Positions 45,927-56,043 of a stretch of 64,000 bases of DNA are shown piece by piece. The translations under genes were made by a program, and so were the position numbers. Under the pieces are notes generated by a model, which ran no database searches, had not been told where the DNA came from, and was given only the letters and a program-made list of their open reading frames with translations. How positions within the stretch are numbered: position 1 is the first letter of the stretch; every line of letters starts with the position of its first letter. Source of the stretch: Parcubacteria group bacterium (GTDB lineage: Bacteria; Patescibacteriota; Minisyncoccia; JACPHC01); the NCBI GenBank assembly GCA_016188775.1, contig JACPHC010000004.1, forward strand, positions 12,704 through 76,703, in the 5' to 3' direction.

Positions 45927-47087
45927 TCAAGATAGAAGAGATTTATAAATCCGCAATAACTTTTTCGCCTGCGACCGGTCGGAAAATTTTTGAGCGATTT
46001 TAAAAGAATTGCCTGAAAAACGTTTTTGAATATTTGGATCGCGTAAAATTTTTAATATTTTATCGGCAAATAATTTAGCCGAGGAGCGGGGCGAGATCAA
46101 GAATCCGTTTTGATTATCAATAACCGCCCCGGAAAAAGCGGCGTCTTTCAAAGCGACTATTGGCAGCGAACTGCCGATCGCTTCAATTATGACTATCCCT
46201 TGAGTCTCTGTCAGCGAAGAAAAAACAAAAACATCCGCCAGCTGATAATAAAAAGGCAATGTTTCGTGGGAAATAGCGCCGGTAAAAATAATTGATTCGC
46301 TAATTTTTAATTTAGCCGCTAAAACTTTAAGCTCGCCCAAATAAGGACCGTCGCCAATTAAAATAAACTTGACGGCATTTCTCTTTTTCTTGATTTCTCC
46401 AAAAGCTCGGATCAAAAAATCGATATTTTTCTCTTTACCCATTCTTCCCACGAAAATTAATGCTTGATCTTTCGGCGACACGCTCAATTTATTTTTTAAT
46501 GTTTTAGCGCGGCTTAAAGATTTTCGGGTTTTTTTAAATATTTCCAAATCGACTCCGGTCGGCAATATGTAAATCGGTTTTTTAACGCCGTAGTCCTTAA
46601 GCTGTTTTTTTATTTTCAAAGAAGGAGCTAAAATGGCATCCGAGGCGTTTGAAAACCAACCGCTCCACCATCTGGCCAGCGACGGCAAAATAAATTTTTC
46701 CTTCATATACGCTTTGGCGTATTCCGGATAATCCGTATGGTGAGTATAAATTAAAGGAATATTTTGCCGCGCTGAAATAAATTTTCCCAAAATTCCAAGA
46801 CTAAACGGAGTATGGGCGTGAACAACGTCTAATTTAAAATCAATAATTTTTTTCAAATGCCCGGCGGCGGCCAAAGGAAAAGCAAAACGCATTTCCGGCT
46901 TTTTAATAATCCTGACGGATTTCAGTCTAAACACTCCGGGGTTCTTGTCTTTATAGCCGGGATGATAAGGGGCGTAAATAAAAACCTGATGCCCCATTTT
47001 TTCCAAACTTTTCCTGAAAGTCTCAATTGAAATTTCAACGCCGTGGACAACCGGCAAATAAGTATCTGTAAAAAATCCTATTTTCAT
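45927..47087 (-). CDS. glycosyltransferase family 4 (GT-B fold)
   Basis: MKIGFFTDTYLPVVHGVEISIE N-terminus. C-terminal E-x7-E region FVFSSLTETQGIVIIEAIGSSLPIV. Confidence 0.85.
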   Translation of the reverse strand: MKIGFFTDTYLPVVHGVEISIETFRKSLEKMGHQVFIYAPYHPGYKDKNPGVFRLKSVRIIKKPEMRFAFPLAAAGHLKKIIDFKLDVVHAHTPFSLGILGKFISARQNIPLIYTHHTDYPEYAKAYMKEKFILPSLARWWSGWFSNASDAILAPSLKIKKQLKDYGVKKPIYILPTGVDLEIFKKTRKSLSRAKTLKNKLSVSPKDQALIFVGRMGKEKNIDFLIRAFGEIKKKRNAVKFILIGDGPYLGELKVLAAKLKISESIIFTGAISHETLPFYYQLADVFVFSSLTETQGIVIIEAIGSSLPIVALKDAAFSGAVIDNQNGFLISPRSSAKLFADKILKILRDPNIQKRFSGNSFKIAQKFSDRSQAKKLLRIYKSLLS

Positions 47088-47197
47088 ATAACTATTATAA
47101 ATGATATAAAATTAAAATTAAAGTTTATGTTCAAAAAAATAATTCTTTAATATAGGCATATGTAATGAGTTTTTCTAAGATAAAATTTTTAAAAAAA

Positions 47198-47239
47198 TTC
47201 ACTACAATAGTATTACGATCGTAAGTTCATTGTAGTGAA
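47198..47239. promoter_or_regulatory. CGATCG-centred imperfect palindrome, family 2 (TTCACTACAAT-N6-ACGATCGT-N6-ATTGTAGTGAA)
   Basis: 11-bp arms and the ACGATCGT core match. The 6-nt internal segments are non-complementary. Confidence 0.6.
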
Positions 47240-47343
47240 AATGTCTGTTTTCAGTCGAAGGCGCGAGATAATCTTCACGAGGCGATTTCCTCTTGCAAAA
47301 GCTATTGCATAATAAAATTATTCGTGCTATATTGGATAATCGT

Positions 47344-47793
47344 ATGATAAAAGAACCAAAAATTTACGAAATTGCTTATCATCTAAATCCGGATTTAACC
47401 GAAGAAAAAGCGCTGGAAGCCAGCCGGGAAATTTTAAATTTTATCGGCTCGTACGAGGGCGAAATTAAAGAAATCAGCGAGCCCCAAAAAAGAAAATTGG
47501 CTTACCCGATCAATCATTTCCGCCATTCTTATTTTGGCTGGGCGACTTTTCATATTTCTCCGGCCGGCCTTGAAAATTTAAAAGCTAAACTGAAATACAG
47601 GCCGGAAATTTTAAGATACCTGATAATAACTTTTGAAAAACTTACTTCTAAACGGAAAAAAATAGCCGCTTTTCCAAAATTAGAACTGCCAATGCTGGAA
47701 ACTCCGGTTCCAAAAAACGAAAAAACTATTTATGAAAAAGAGAAAATAGGATTGGAGGAACTGGACAAAAAATTGGAAGAAATATTAAAATAA
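47344..47793 (+). CDS. rpsF: 30S ribosomal protein S6 with a K/E-rich C-terminal extension
   Basis: KIYEIAYHLNPDLTEEKALE...YFGWATFHISPAG. Start at MIKEPK (47344) preferred over the track start 47293. Confidence 0.85.
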   Translation: MIKEPKIYEIAYHLNPDLTEEKALEASREILNFIGSYEGEIKEISEPQKRKLAYPINHFRHSYFGWATFHISPAGLENLKAKLKYRPEILRYLIITFEKLTSKRKKIAAFPKLELPMLETPVPKNEKTIYEKEKIGLEELDKKLEEILK

Positions 47794-47798
47794 AAAAA

Positions 47799-48266
47799 AT
47801 GAATCTCAATAAAATTTTTATAATTGGAAACTTAACCAGAAATCCGGAAAAAAGAACCACGCCGCAAGGCCAAACCGTGGTCAGTTTCGGCGTCGCCACC
47901 AATAAAATCTGGACCGACCAACAGGGACAAAAACAGCAAAAAACAGAATTTCATAATGTCGTGGCCTGGCGACGGCTGGGCGATATAGTCGCCCAATATC
48001 TCAAAAAAGGCAGTATGATTTTTGTCGAAGGCCGGCTGGAAACAAGATCTTGGGAAGATAAGGAAGGAATAAAACGTTACCGGACCGATATTATCGCGGA
48101 AAATATCCAAATGGGGCCAAAAAGCGCCAACGCTATTGTCAAACCTTCGGGCCAAGAGGAATATAACGTCGGCTCGGAGCCAATCATTGATTCACAAGCG
48201 GCCGATGAAGAATTTTCATCCGTAAAATCCGGGGATGAAATAGAAGTAAAAGAAATTCCCTTTTAA
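47799..48266 (+). CDS. ssb: single-stranded DNA-binding protein
   Basis: MNLNKIFIIGNLTRNPEKRTTPQGQTVVSFGVATN...FHNVVAWRRLGDIVAQYLKKGSMIFVEGRLETRSWEDKEG. Acidic tail ending IPF. Confidence 0.9.
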   Translation: MNLNKIFIIGNLTRNPEKRTTPQGQTVVSFGVATNKIWTDQQGQKQQKTEFHNVVAWRRLGDIVAQYLKKGSMIFVEGRLETRSWEDKEGIKRYRTDIIAENIQMGPKSANAIVKPSGQEEYNVGSEPIIDSQAADEEFSSVKSGDEIEVKEIPF

Positions 48267-48287
48267 TAGATGCGAAATTCCTCTTTC

Positions 48288-48379
48288 CGTCATTGCGAGA
48301 AATGAAGCGAAGTGTAATAACGAAGCAATCCCAAAGATTGCCGCGTCGCTCTCATTTTCATTCGCTCCTCGCAATGACA
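48288..48379. repeat. MITE-like foldback repeat, copy 5 (degenerate), inside the rpsF-ssb-rpsR cluster
   Basis: CGTCATTGCGAG...GAAGCAATCCC...GATTGCCGCG...CTCGCAATGACA. Confidence 0.7.
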
Positions 48380-48423
48380 GAATGGTTTATTTAAGCGAAA
48401 CACATCACATATAAATAACAAAT

Positions 48424-48633
48424 ATGCAAAAACAATGCTATTTTCACCAGCAAAGCAATGTCGCGATTGATTACAAAAATATCGAAATTTTGCGGCGTTT
48501 TATTTCTTCACAGGCGAAAATTATGCCGCCCAAAAGAACCGGTCTTTGCCGCAAACATCAATCTTTGATAGCCCAAGCCATAAAAAGAGCCCGTTTTATG
48601 GCTCTGCTTCCGTACACGAATTTACAGGAATAA
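48424..48633 (+). CDS. rpsR: 30S ribosomal protein S18
   Basis: IDYKNIEILRRFISSQAKIMPPKRTGLCRKHQSLIAQAIKRARFMALLPYT. Confidence 0.9.
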   Translation: MQKQCYFHQQSNVAIDYKNIEILRRFISSQAKIMPPKRTGLCRKHQSLIAQAIKRARFMALLPYTNLQE

Positions 48634-48691
48634 TTTATTAGACCTAATAATTTATTAGACCTGTCGAGTAATAACCTTTCTACCGCAATTT

Positions 48692-48747
48692 CAAAATTTT
48701 ACTACAATCAATAATACGATCGTGAGCTTCATTGTAGTAAAATTTTG
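48692..48747. promoter_or_regulatory. CGATCG-centred imperfect palindrome, family 2 (CAAAATTTTACTACAAT-N7-ACGATCGT-N7-ATTGTAGTAAAATTTTG)
   Basis: 17-bp arms match perfectly. Lies between convergent rpsR and recA. Confidence 0.65.
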
Positions 48748-48784
48748 AATCGCACTATGAAAATTATTACGCAAAAACCTATTG

Positions 48785-49801
48785 CTAAATCGCCGCAACT
48801 GCCCGCGAGGCCTCGCGGGTTTTTTTTGCCACTTCCTCCATCACTTTGGGATTTTCTTTAAAATATAAACGAGCCGCCTCCATTCCTTGCCCCAATTTCG
48901 CGTCTTCGTAAGTAAACCAAGCGCCGGCTTTTTTGATAACGCCGTAGCGAGCCGCGGTATTGATGATATCGGAAAAACGGGCAATGCCTTCGTTATACAT
49001 AATGTCAAACTCGGCGATTTTAAACGGCGGAGCGACTTTATTTTTAACCACTTTGACTTTCACCCGAGAACCGATAATGTCATCGCCTTTTTTAATCTGT
49101 CCGGTTCTTCGCACATCGATGCGAACCGATGAATAAAATTTCAAGGCTTTGCCGCCCGGCGTGGTTTCCGGATTGCCGTAAAAAACGCCAACTTGCATTC
49201 TGATCTGATTAATAAAAATAATCGAGGTACTGGTTTTAGCCGAAATGGCGGTCAATTTTCTCAAGGCCTGGGACATCAAACGAGCCTGCAGGCCGACATG
49301 ATGAGCGCCCATTTCCCCTTCAATTTCGGCCTTGGGCGTTAAAGCCGCGACTGAATCCACCACTATCACGGCCACAGCGCCGGAACGAACCAAAGATTCC
49401 ACGATTTCCAAAGCCTGCTCCCCTGTATCCGGCTGGGATATTAAAAGATCATTAATTTTAACGCCGATCTTGGCGGCGTAATCCGGATCCAGAGCGTGCT
49501 CGGCATCAACAAAAGCCGCCTGTTCGCCTCTTTTCTGCGCTTCAGCCACGATATGCTGGGCTAAAGTCGTTTTACCGGAAGATTCGGGACCAAAAATTTC
49601 AACAATTCTGCCTTTGGGCACCCCGCCCACGCCCAAAGCAATATCCAAAGAAATCGAGCCAGTCGGAATCGCGTCAATATCCACTTTTCTCGCTTCCCCC
49701 AGCTTCATAATGGCCCCCTCTCCAAAACGCTCTTTAATTTCGCGAATCGTCTCGTTTAAATTTTTATCTTTAACTTCTTCTTTTTGATTTTTTGAAGTCA
49801 T
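48785..49801 (-). CDS. recA: recombinase RecA
   Basis: [45 protein letters not shown]. Confidence 0.97.
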   Translation of the reverse strand: MTSKNQKEEVKDKNLNETIREIKERFGEGAIMKLGEARKVDIDAIPTGSISLDIALGVGGVPKGRIVEIFGPESSGKTTLAQHIVAEAQKRGEQAAFVDAEHALDPDYAAKIGVKINDLLISQPDTGEQALEIVESLVRSGAVAVIVVDSVAALTPKAEIEGEMGAHHVGLQARLMSQALRKLTAISAKTSTSIIFINQIRMQVGVFYGNPETTPGGKALKFYSSVRIDVRRTGQIKKGDDIIGSRVKVKVVKNKVAPPFKIAEFDIMYNEGIARFSDIINTAARYGVIKKAGAWFTYEDAKLGQGMEAARLYFKENPKVMEEVAKKTREASRAVAAI

Positions 49802-50145
49802 TGTATCACAAATATTTTCCTGGTAATAATATCCGAACGATTATTTTGATCTTCGGCTTTTAAAACGATTTTATTCAAGCCCGAAGCTAAATTAATCTTT
49901 TGATTGAAAACGCCGTCTTCGCCAATATATAATTTTTCGTTGTTGATTGTCAAATTTTTTATTTGACCTTTAATTTTGCCTTCGATTTTAATCAGACGCG
50001 ATTCAGTTCTAATGTCTTCTTTGGGGTTGAGCAAGATAATTTTCGGCCCTTGAATAAAAAATTTACCCGTGGCAAAAAAATAAAAAGAAAAAAATAAAAT
50101 AATTAAAAAAGAAAAAAATAAACCTAAAAAACTAAAACTTTTCAT
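49798..50145 (-). CDS. small secreted/membrane-anchored protein upstream of recA (possible Ig-like/Gmad2-type fold)
   Basis: N-terminal hydrophobic segment. 4-bp overlap with recA. Fold assignment is weak. Confidence 0.45.
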   Translation of the reverse strand: MKSFSFLGLFFSFLIILFFSFYFFATGKFFIQGPKIILLNPKEDIRTESRLIKIEGKIKGQIKNLTINNEKLYIGEDGVFNQKINLASGLNKIVLKAEDQNNRSDIITRKIFVIQ

Positions 50146-52282
50146 TTTCCATTTCTTGATTAGATTCTTTCACAACCAAAATTTCGCGAGGCTTGGCCCC
50201 ATCGCCGGGTCCGATTATTCCCCGCGTTTCCATTATATCCAATAATCTCGCGGCTCGGGCGTAGCCGACCCGGAGCCGACGCTGAAGCAATGAAGCCGAA
50301 GCTTTGCCCATTTCAATAACCAAATCTTTCGCTTCTTCATAAAACTCGTCTTCTTCATCCGAATCCGCGTCAAATTTTTCCTCCGCTTTAGTTAAATTAA
50401 AATCCTCGGTTTTTGATTCCGCCTCATCCCATTCCAGGGATCCGATATAATCGGCGGTTTTTTTCGCCTCTTCTTCGGAAACATAAACGCTTTGAATTCT
50501 CTTTGGTTTTGAAGCGTCGCCGGCCAAATAAAGCATATCGCCTCGACCCAAAAGTTTTTCCGCTCCGGCCATATCAAGAATAGTGCGCGAATCCACCAAA
50601 GAAGCCACCTGAAAAGCGATCCGACTGGTGATATTGGCTTTAATAAGTCCGGTCACGACTTCCACCGAAGGCCGTTGAGTGGAAACGATCAAATGCATGC
50701 CGACGGCTCTGGCCATTTGGGCGATTCTGATGATTGACCCTTCCACCTCCCGCGGATAAGAAGCCATCAAATCCGCCAGCTCGTCAATAACAATTACAAG
50801 ATAAGGCATAATTTCTTCTTTATTTTTTCTGGCTTGCCTGTTGTATCCTTCTATGTCTCGGACTTTCGCGTCGGATAAAATGACGTAGCGCCGCTCCATT
50901 TCCGAAGCGGCCCAGCGAAGAGAAGCCACGGCTTTTTTCGGCTCAATAATCGTTGATGAAAGAAGATGCGGAATTCCGTTGTAAATTCCAAGCTCGACTC
51001 GTTTGGGATCGATCAAAAGAAGCCGCAAAGTCTCGGGAGAATTGCGCCAAAGAAAAGTGGTTAAAATACTGTGAATGGAAACTGATTTTCCCGCTCCGGT
51101 TGCCCCGGCCACCAACAAATGCGGCATCTTGGCCAGATCGGCGAAAATCTGCGAGCCGGCCACATCCCGTCCCAAGGCGAAAGCGAGAGGAGAAGTTAAA
51201 TTGACAAAAATCGGATTTTCTAAAATATTCCGGAGCCGCACCAGAGTTTGAGACCGATTGGGAATTTCAATGCCAACCAAAGACCGGCCCGGAATCGGCG
51301 CTTCAATTCTTAACGGATAAGCCGCCAAAGCTAGAGAAAGATCGGAATTTAACGCGGTGATGCGGGAAAGTTTCACGCCTTCCGCCGGCTTAAGAGTGTA
51401 TTGAGTGACGGTCGGGCCGACATTAACTTCGGACATCTCCACTTCAATGCCGAAATTTTCAAGGGTTCTTTTTATAATCTGCGCTCGGGCGCTGATGTCG
51501 CCTTGGGACGGAATGCCGCTTTCCGGAGTTAAAATATCAAGCGGCGGCGACTTGTACCCTTGGGAAAACCGGTCTTCTTTGACTTTTTTCGGTTTAAATT
51601 CAGCTTCCGATTCTCGGGCCGATTCGGCTTTCTCTTTCAAATTTTGGCTTGAGACTCCGCCAGGTAAATTGATTTTTAAACTTTCTTTTTTAGGGCTGAA
51701 TTTTTCCAAAGTTTTGGAAACGACCGCGGCGATTTTTTCCTCCAAAACCGGAATTGCTTTTTCATCCGTATCTTTAATATTTTCAGTTGATTTCCGATAA
51801 CGCCAAATCGGCATATTAATCGTAATTAAAAATGAAATAATAAGAGCCGCGATAAATAAAATCGAACTCGCCCAAAAACCGAAAATAAAAGAAAAACCGT
51901 CGGCAATAATCATTCCGAGATAACCGCCGGCGTCCAACTTATCATTGGCGACAAGCGTGAAAAATCCCAGAAAAGAAAATTTAAAAACGACTCCGCCAAT
52001 AACGCTGGCGTAAGCCACTTTTTCATTAAGCGTTCTGACGAAAGAGAAACTTAACAAAAAAAGCACTGTTGGAAGCATAAAAAAACCTTTTTTGCCTAAA
52101 AGAAAACTGGCGCCTTCAAAGAAAAAACCGCCGAAACGGCCGGCCAAACCAAAAGCGGAAAGCAAAAAAATAACCGCTAAAGTGAAAAAAATAATGGAAA
52201 TGACGATTTTTTTAACTTCCGGATGTAAAGAGGGGTTATTTTTTTCGTTTTCCAGTTTTTGATTTTTATTTTTTTTCGCCAT
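50132..52282 (-). CDS. ftsK: DNA translocase FtsK/SpoIIIE
   Basis: N-terminal TM helices. Walker A HLLVAGATGAGKSV. C-terminal winged-helix gamma domain (LLQRRLRVGYARAARLLD). Confidence 0.9.
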   Translation of the reverse strand: MAKKNKNQKLENEKNNPSLHPEVKKIVISIIFFTLAVIFLLSAFGLAGRFGGFFFEGASFLLGKKGFFMLPTVLFLLSFSFVRTLNEKVAYASVIGGVVFKFSFLGFFTLVANDKLDAGGYLGMIIADGFSFIFGFWASSILFIAALIISFLITINMPIWRYRKSTENIKDTDEKAIPVLEEKIAAVVSKTLEKFSPKKESLKINLPGGVSSQNLKEKAESARESEAEFKPKKVKEDRFSQGYKSPPLDILTPESGIPSQGDISARAQIIKRTLENFGIEVEMSEVNVGPTVTQYTLKPAEGVKLSRITALNSDLSLALAAYPLRIEAPIPGRSLVGIEIPNRSQTLVRLRNILENPIFVNLTSPLAFALGRDVAGSQIFADLAKMPHLLVAGATGAGKSVSIHSILTTFLWRNSPETLRLLLIDPKRVELGIYNGIPHLLSSTIIEPKKAVASLRWAASEMERRYVILSDAKVRDIEGYNRQARKNKEEIMPYLVIVIDELADLMASYPREVEGSIIRIAQMARAVGMHLIVSTQRPSVEVVTGLIKANITSRIAFQVASLVDSRTILDMAGAEKLLGRGDMLYLAGDASKPKRIQSVYVSEEEAKKTADYIGSLEWDEAESKTEDFNLTKAEEKFDADSDEEDEFYEEAKDLVIEMGKASASLLQRRLRVGYARAARLLDIMETRGIIGPGDGAKPREILVVKESNQEMENEKF

Positions 52283-52398
52283 AAAAAACTATTTTCAGTT
52301 TAAAACAAAAAAGACTTCTTGTGAAGCCTTTCTTGTTTTTTAATTCTCAAATTTATCACGTTAGACAAAATCTTATTATTTCACCATTTCACGTATTT

Positions 52399-52446
52399 AT
52401 TTTCACTACAATGCATTCACGATCGTGAGTTGATTGTAGTGAAAAT
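52399..52446. promoter_or_regulatory. CGATCG-centred imperfect palindrome, family 2 (ATTTTCACTACAAT-N6-ACGATCGT-N6-ATTGTAGTGAAAAT)
   Basis: 14-bp arms match. Lies between the ftsK start and the rpoC stop. Confidence 0.65.
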
Positions 52447-52460
52447 TTAAAAACTCAAAC

Positions 52461-55400
52461 CTACTTTTTAAATCCCGTGCCGACCGGAATCAGCCGGCCA
52501 ATAATGACATTTTCTTTCAATCCTTTTAATTTATCAATAGCGCCTTTGGTTGAAGCGGAAATCAAGATTCGAGAAGTTTCCTGAAAAGAAGCGGCCGAAA
52601 GAAAACTGTCAGTCGTCAAAGCGGTCTTCGTGATTCCTAAAAGAAGCTGAGCGCCTTTAGCCGGTTCTTTGCCTTCCTCTTTCAAACGATGATTTTCTTC
52701 AAGTAAAATCGCTTTCGGTATAATTTCGCCAACGGTGAAAATCGAATCCCCTTCTTCTTTAACTTTCACTCGCGAAAACATTTGACGAATTATTATCTCG
52801 ACATGTTTATCGGAAATCGGAGCGCCTTGCGAGACGTAAATTTTTTGAACTTCATTTAAAATATAGCGCTGAGTTTTTTCCGAGCCGGCCAATTTAAAAA
52901 GCTCTGAGGGATCAACCGAACCTTCGGAAAGTGAATCGCCTTTTTGAACTTTAGTTCCTTTTTCAACAATAATCGCCGTTCCTCCCGGAATGGCATATTC
53001 AACGACTTCCGGTTTCTTCTTGTTTTTTTCTTCATCTATCTCTTGAATTTTGATAATTTTTTGCGGCCTTTTATCAATAATATCCAAAACAATGCCGCTA
53101 ATTTCGCTGATAATCGCCTGACCTTTTGGCGGACGCGCTTCAAAAAGCTCTTCCACCCTGGGAAGACCTTGAGTAATGTCGCTTCCGGAAGCCACTCCGC
53201 CCGTGTGAAAAGTTCTCATTGTCAATTGAGTGCCGGGTTCGCCAATGGCTTGCGCGGCAATAACGCCCACGGCGGTGCCTAAAGGCACGATTTTATTGCT
53301 TCCGAGATCATAGCCGTAACATTTGGAACAAACTCCGGCTAAAGATTTGCAAGTTATCGGCGATCTTAAGATGACTTCATTTGCTCCGGACTGATCAATC
53401 TCCTCGGCTAATTCTTTAACGACCAAATCTCCTTCTTTACCAATGATTTTTCCTTTTTTGCCCATTACCGTCTCGGCCAAAATCCGGCCAGCCAAGCGAG
53501 CGGCGAAATTCCGGCCCAAAACCTCCCCGTCTTCGCGATAAACTTTCCAGCCGCCGGTCGTGCCGCAATCCTCTTGAGTCACTATCAAATCTTGAGCCAC
53601 GTCAACCAGCCGACGGGTTAAATAACCGGCATGAGCCGTTTTCAGGGCCGTATCCGTCGTGCCTTTTCTGGCTCCATGAGTGGCGATAAAATATTCAAGC
53701 GCGTTAAAACCTTCTTTGTAGCTTCGTTTAATCGGAAGTTCAATAATCTGCCCGGCCGGATTAACCACCAAACCCTTCATTCCCGACATCTGAATCGGCT
53801 GGGTCCAAGAACCTCTGGCCCCGGATGAAATTATGGAAAACACGGACCCGTTGGGATCAAGAGATTTTTTCACTTCATCGCCGACTTTTTCCTTAACTTT
53901 ACTCCAAATTTCAATAACCCTGGAATAACGCTCTTCATCGGTCAAAAGGCCGCGCTGATATTGATTGAATATCTTTTCAACTTCGGTTTCGGCCTCGGCC
54001 AGCAAAATTTTCTTCGCCGACGGAACAATCAGATCATTCATTCCCCAGGTAATTCCGGATTTAGTCGCGTATTCAAAACCTATTTTTTTAATTTTATCCA
54101 GAATTGACGGCGCTTCCGAATAACGAATAATTATCTGGCCGACTAGAGCTTCTAATCCTTTGGAATTCAATTCTTTATTGGCAAATTCAAAATCAGGCGG
54201 CAAGGCTTGATTAAAAATTATCCGACCGACTGATGTCTCGATTAATTTGCCTTTTTTCCTCACTTTAATTTTCGCTTTCAAATCAACCCCGCCGTGCTGA
54301 TAAACTAAAATTGCTTCATCTTCCGATCCGAAAATTTTGCCTTCGCCTTTAACGCCCTGACTTATTTTAGTCAAATAATAACAGCCTAAAACGATATCTT
54401 GAGTCGGAACCGTGATCGGATCACCGGTGGCCGGCTTTAAAAGATTCTTGGAGGAAAGCATTATTTCTCGAGCTTCCGCTTGAGCTTCTTCGGACAAGGG
54501 AAGATGAACGGCCATCTGATCGCCGTCAAAATCGGCGTTAAAAGCGCGGCAAACCATCGGATGGACCCGAATCGCTTCTCCTTCTATTAAAATCGGCTGA
54601 AACGCCTGAATGCCCAAGCGGTGCAAAGTCGGCGCGCGATTAAGAAGCACGAGTTTACCCTGAATAATTTCCTCAAGAATCGCCCAGACTTCATCCGGCC
54701 CTTCTTCAATCAAACGAAGAGCGCCTCTGATATTGTGAGCTGATTCCTTTTTTATCAATTCACGGATAACAAAAGGTTTAAAAAGTTCCAGGGCCATCTT
54801 TTTTGGAAGTCCGCACTGATGAAGATCAAGCTCCGGACCGACCACGATGACCGAGCGGCCGGAATAATCAACCCTTTTGCCTAAAAGATTTTGGCGAAAT
54901 CGGCCTTGTTTGCCTTTCAGTATGTCAGCCAAAGATTTCAAAGGCCGTTTTTGGCCGGTTGAAGCGACTGTCACAACGCCCTCGCCTCTTCTTTGAGAAT
55001 TGTCTATCAGGGCGTCAACGGCTTCCTGAAGCATTCTTTTCTCGTTTCTGACGATTACTTCCGGAGCGTTAAGCTCAATAAGTTTTTTCAGACGGCTATT
55101 GCGGTTTAAAACTCGCCGATAAAGATCGTTTAAATCAGAGGTGGCGTAGCGGCCGCCATCCAAAGGCACCATGGGCCGAAGATCCGGAGGAATAATCGGA
55201 AGATAAACTAAAAACATCCATTCCGGACGAATTCCGGCCTTAATTAAAGATCTTGTCAGAAATAAACGTTTTAAAATTTTTCGACGAGCTTCGGCTGACG
55301 CGGTCCTAGATTCGGTTTCCAGTTCAATTTTTAAATTTTCCAAATTTATTTTTGAGACAATATCTCTTAAAGTTTCAGAGCCGGTGCCGGCTTCAAAGAC

Positions 55401-56027
55401 CGGGCCGTATTTGAGCGAAAGATTTCGATATTCCACTTCCGACAAAACAAGGCCGACTTTAAGAGCTTTTAATTCTTTTTCCGTTTTTTCTTTGGCGCTT
55501 TTCAGAGATGCCAGCAATCCACCCTGTTTTTTGATTTGTTTAGCCTTAGTTTTATATTCCGCTTCCAAATCTTCCAAAATTCTGTTTTTGGCTTCTTCGT
55601 GAATTTTAGTGACAATATAGCCGGTAAAATAAATAATTTTTTCCAAATCAATAACCGAAAGACCGGTAATCGCGCCGATTTTGGAAGGAACGCCTCTTAA
55701 AAACCAGATATGCGAAACCGGAACGGCCAGTTCAATGTGGCCAAAACGTTCTCGGCGGACAATAGATCGCGTCACTTCGACGCCGCAACGGTCGCAAACA
55801 ACGCCTTTATAGCGAACCCGTCTATATTTTCCACAATAACATTCCCAATCCTTGGTCGGGCCAAAAATCCGCTCATCAAAAAGACCGTCTTTTTCCGGTT
55901 TCTGGGTCCGATAATTGATAGTTTCGGGTTTAGTCACTTCCCCGCGCGACCAATTTAAAATATCGTCGGGAGAAGCGACTTTTAATCTGATTGCTTCAAG
56001 ATCAATTGCTATTTTTTGATCAGCCAT
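52461..56027 (-). CDS. rpoC: DNA-directed RNA polymerase subunit beta-prime
   Basis: [12 protein letters not shown] catalytic motif. Zinc-finger [20 protein letters not shown]. Confidence 0.97.
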   Translation of the reverse strand: MADQKIAIDLEAIRLKVASPDDILNWSRGEVTKPETINYRTQKPEKDGLFDERIFGPTKDWECYCGKYRRVRYKGVVCDRCGVEVTRSIVRRERFGHIELAVPVSHIWFLRGVPSKIGAITGLSVIDLEKIIYFTGYIVTKIHEEAKNRILEDLEAEYKTKAKQIKKQGGLLASLKSAKEKTEKELKALKVGLVLSEVEYRNLSLKYGPVFEAGTGSETLRDIVSKINLENLKIELETESRTASAEARRKILKRLFLTRSLIKAGIRPEWMFLVYLPIIPPDLRPMVPLDGGRYATSDLNDLYRRVLNRNSRLKKLIELNAPEVIVRNEKRMLQEAVDALIDNSQRRGEGVVTVASTGQKRPLKSLADILKGKQGRFRQNLLGKRVDYSGRSVIVVGPELDLHQCGLPKKMALELFKPFVIRELIKKESAHNIRGALRLIEEGPDEVWAILEEIIQGKLVLLNRAPTLHRLGIQAFQPILIEGEAIRVHPMVCRAFNADFDGDQMAVHLPLSEEAQAEAREIMLSSKNLLKPATGDPITVPTQDIVLGCYYLTKISQGVKGEGKIFGSEDEAILVYQHGGVDLKAKIKVRKKGKLIETSVGRIIFNQALPPDFEFANKELNSKGLEALVGQIIIRYSEAPSILDKIKKIGFEYATKSGITWGMNDLIVPSAKKILLAEAETEVEKIFNQYQRGLLTDEERYSRVIEIWSKVKEKVGDEVKKSLDPNGSVFSIISSGARGSWTQPIQMSGMKGLVVNPAGQIIELPIKRSYKEGFNALEYFIATHGARKGTTDTALKTAHAGYLTRRLVDVAQDLIVTQEDCGTTGGWKVYREDGEVLGRNFAARLAGRILAETVMGKKGKIIGKEGDLVVKELAEEIDQSGANEVILRSPITCKSLAGVCSKCYGYDLGSNKIVPLGTAVGVIAAQAIGEPGTQLTMRTFHTGGVASGSDITQGLPRVEELFEARPPKGQAIISEISGIVLDIIDKRPQKIIKIQEIDEEKNKKKPEVVEYAIPGGTAIIVEKGTKVQKGDSLSEGSVDPSELFKLAGSEKTQRYILNEVQKIYVSQGAPISDKHVEIIIRQMFSRVKVKEEGDSIFTVGEIIPKAILLEENHRLKEEGKEPAKGAQLLLGITKTALTTDSFLSAASFQETSRILISASTKGAIDKLKGLKENVIIGRLIPVGTGFKK

Positions 56028-56043
56028 AAAATTAAACCGTAAA

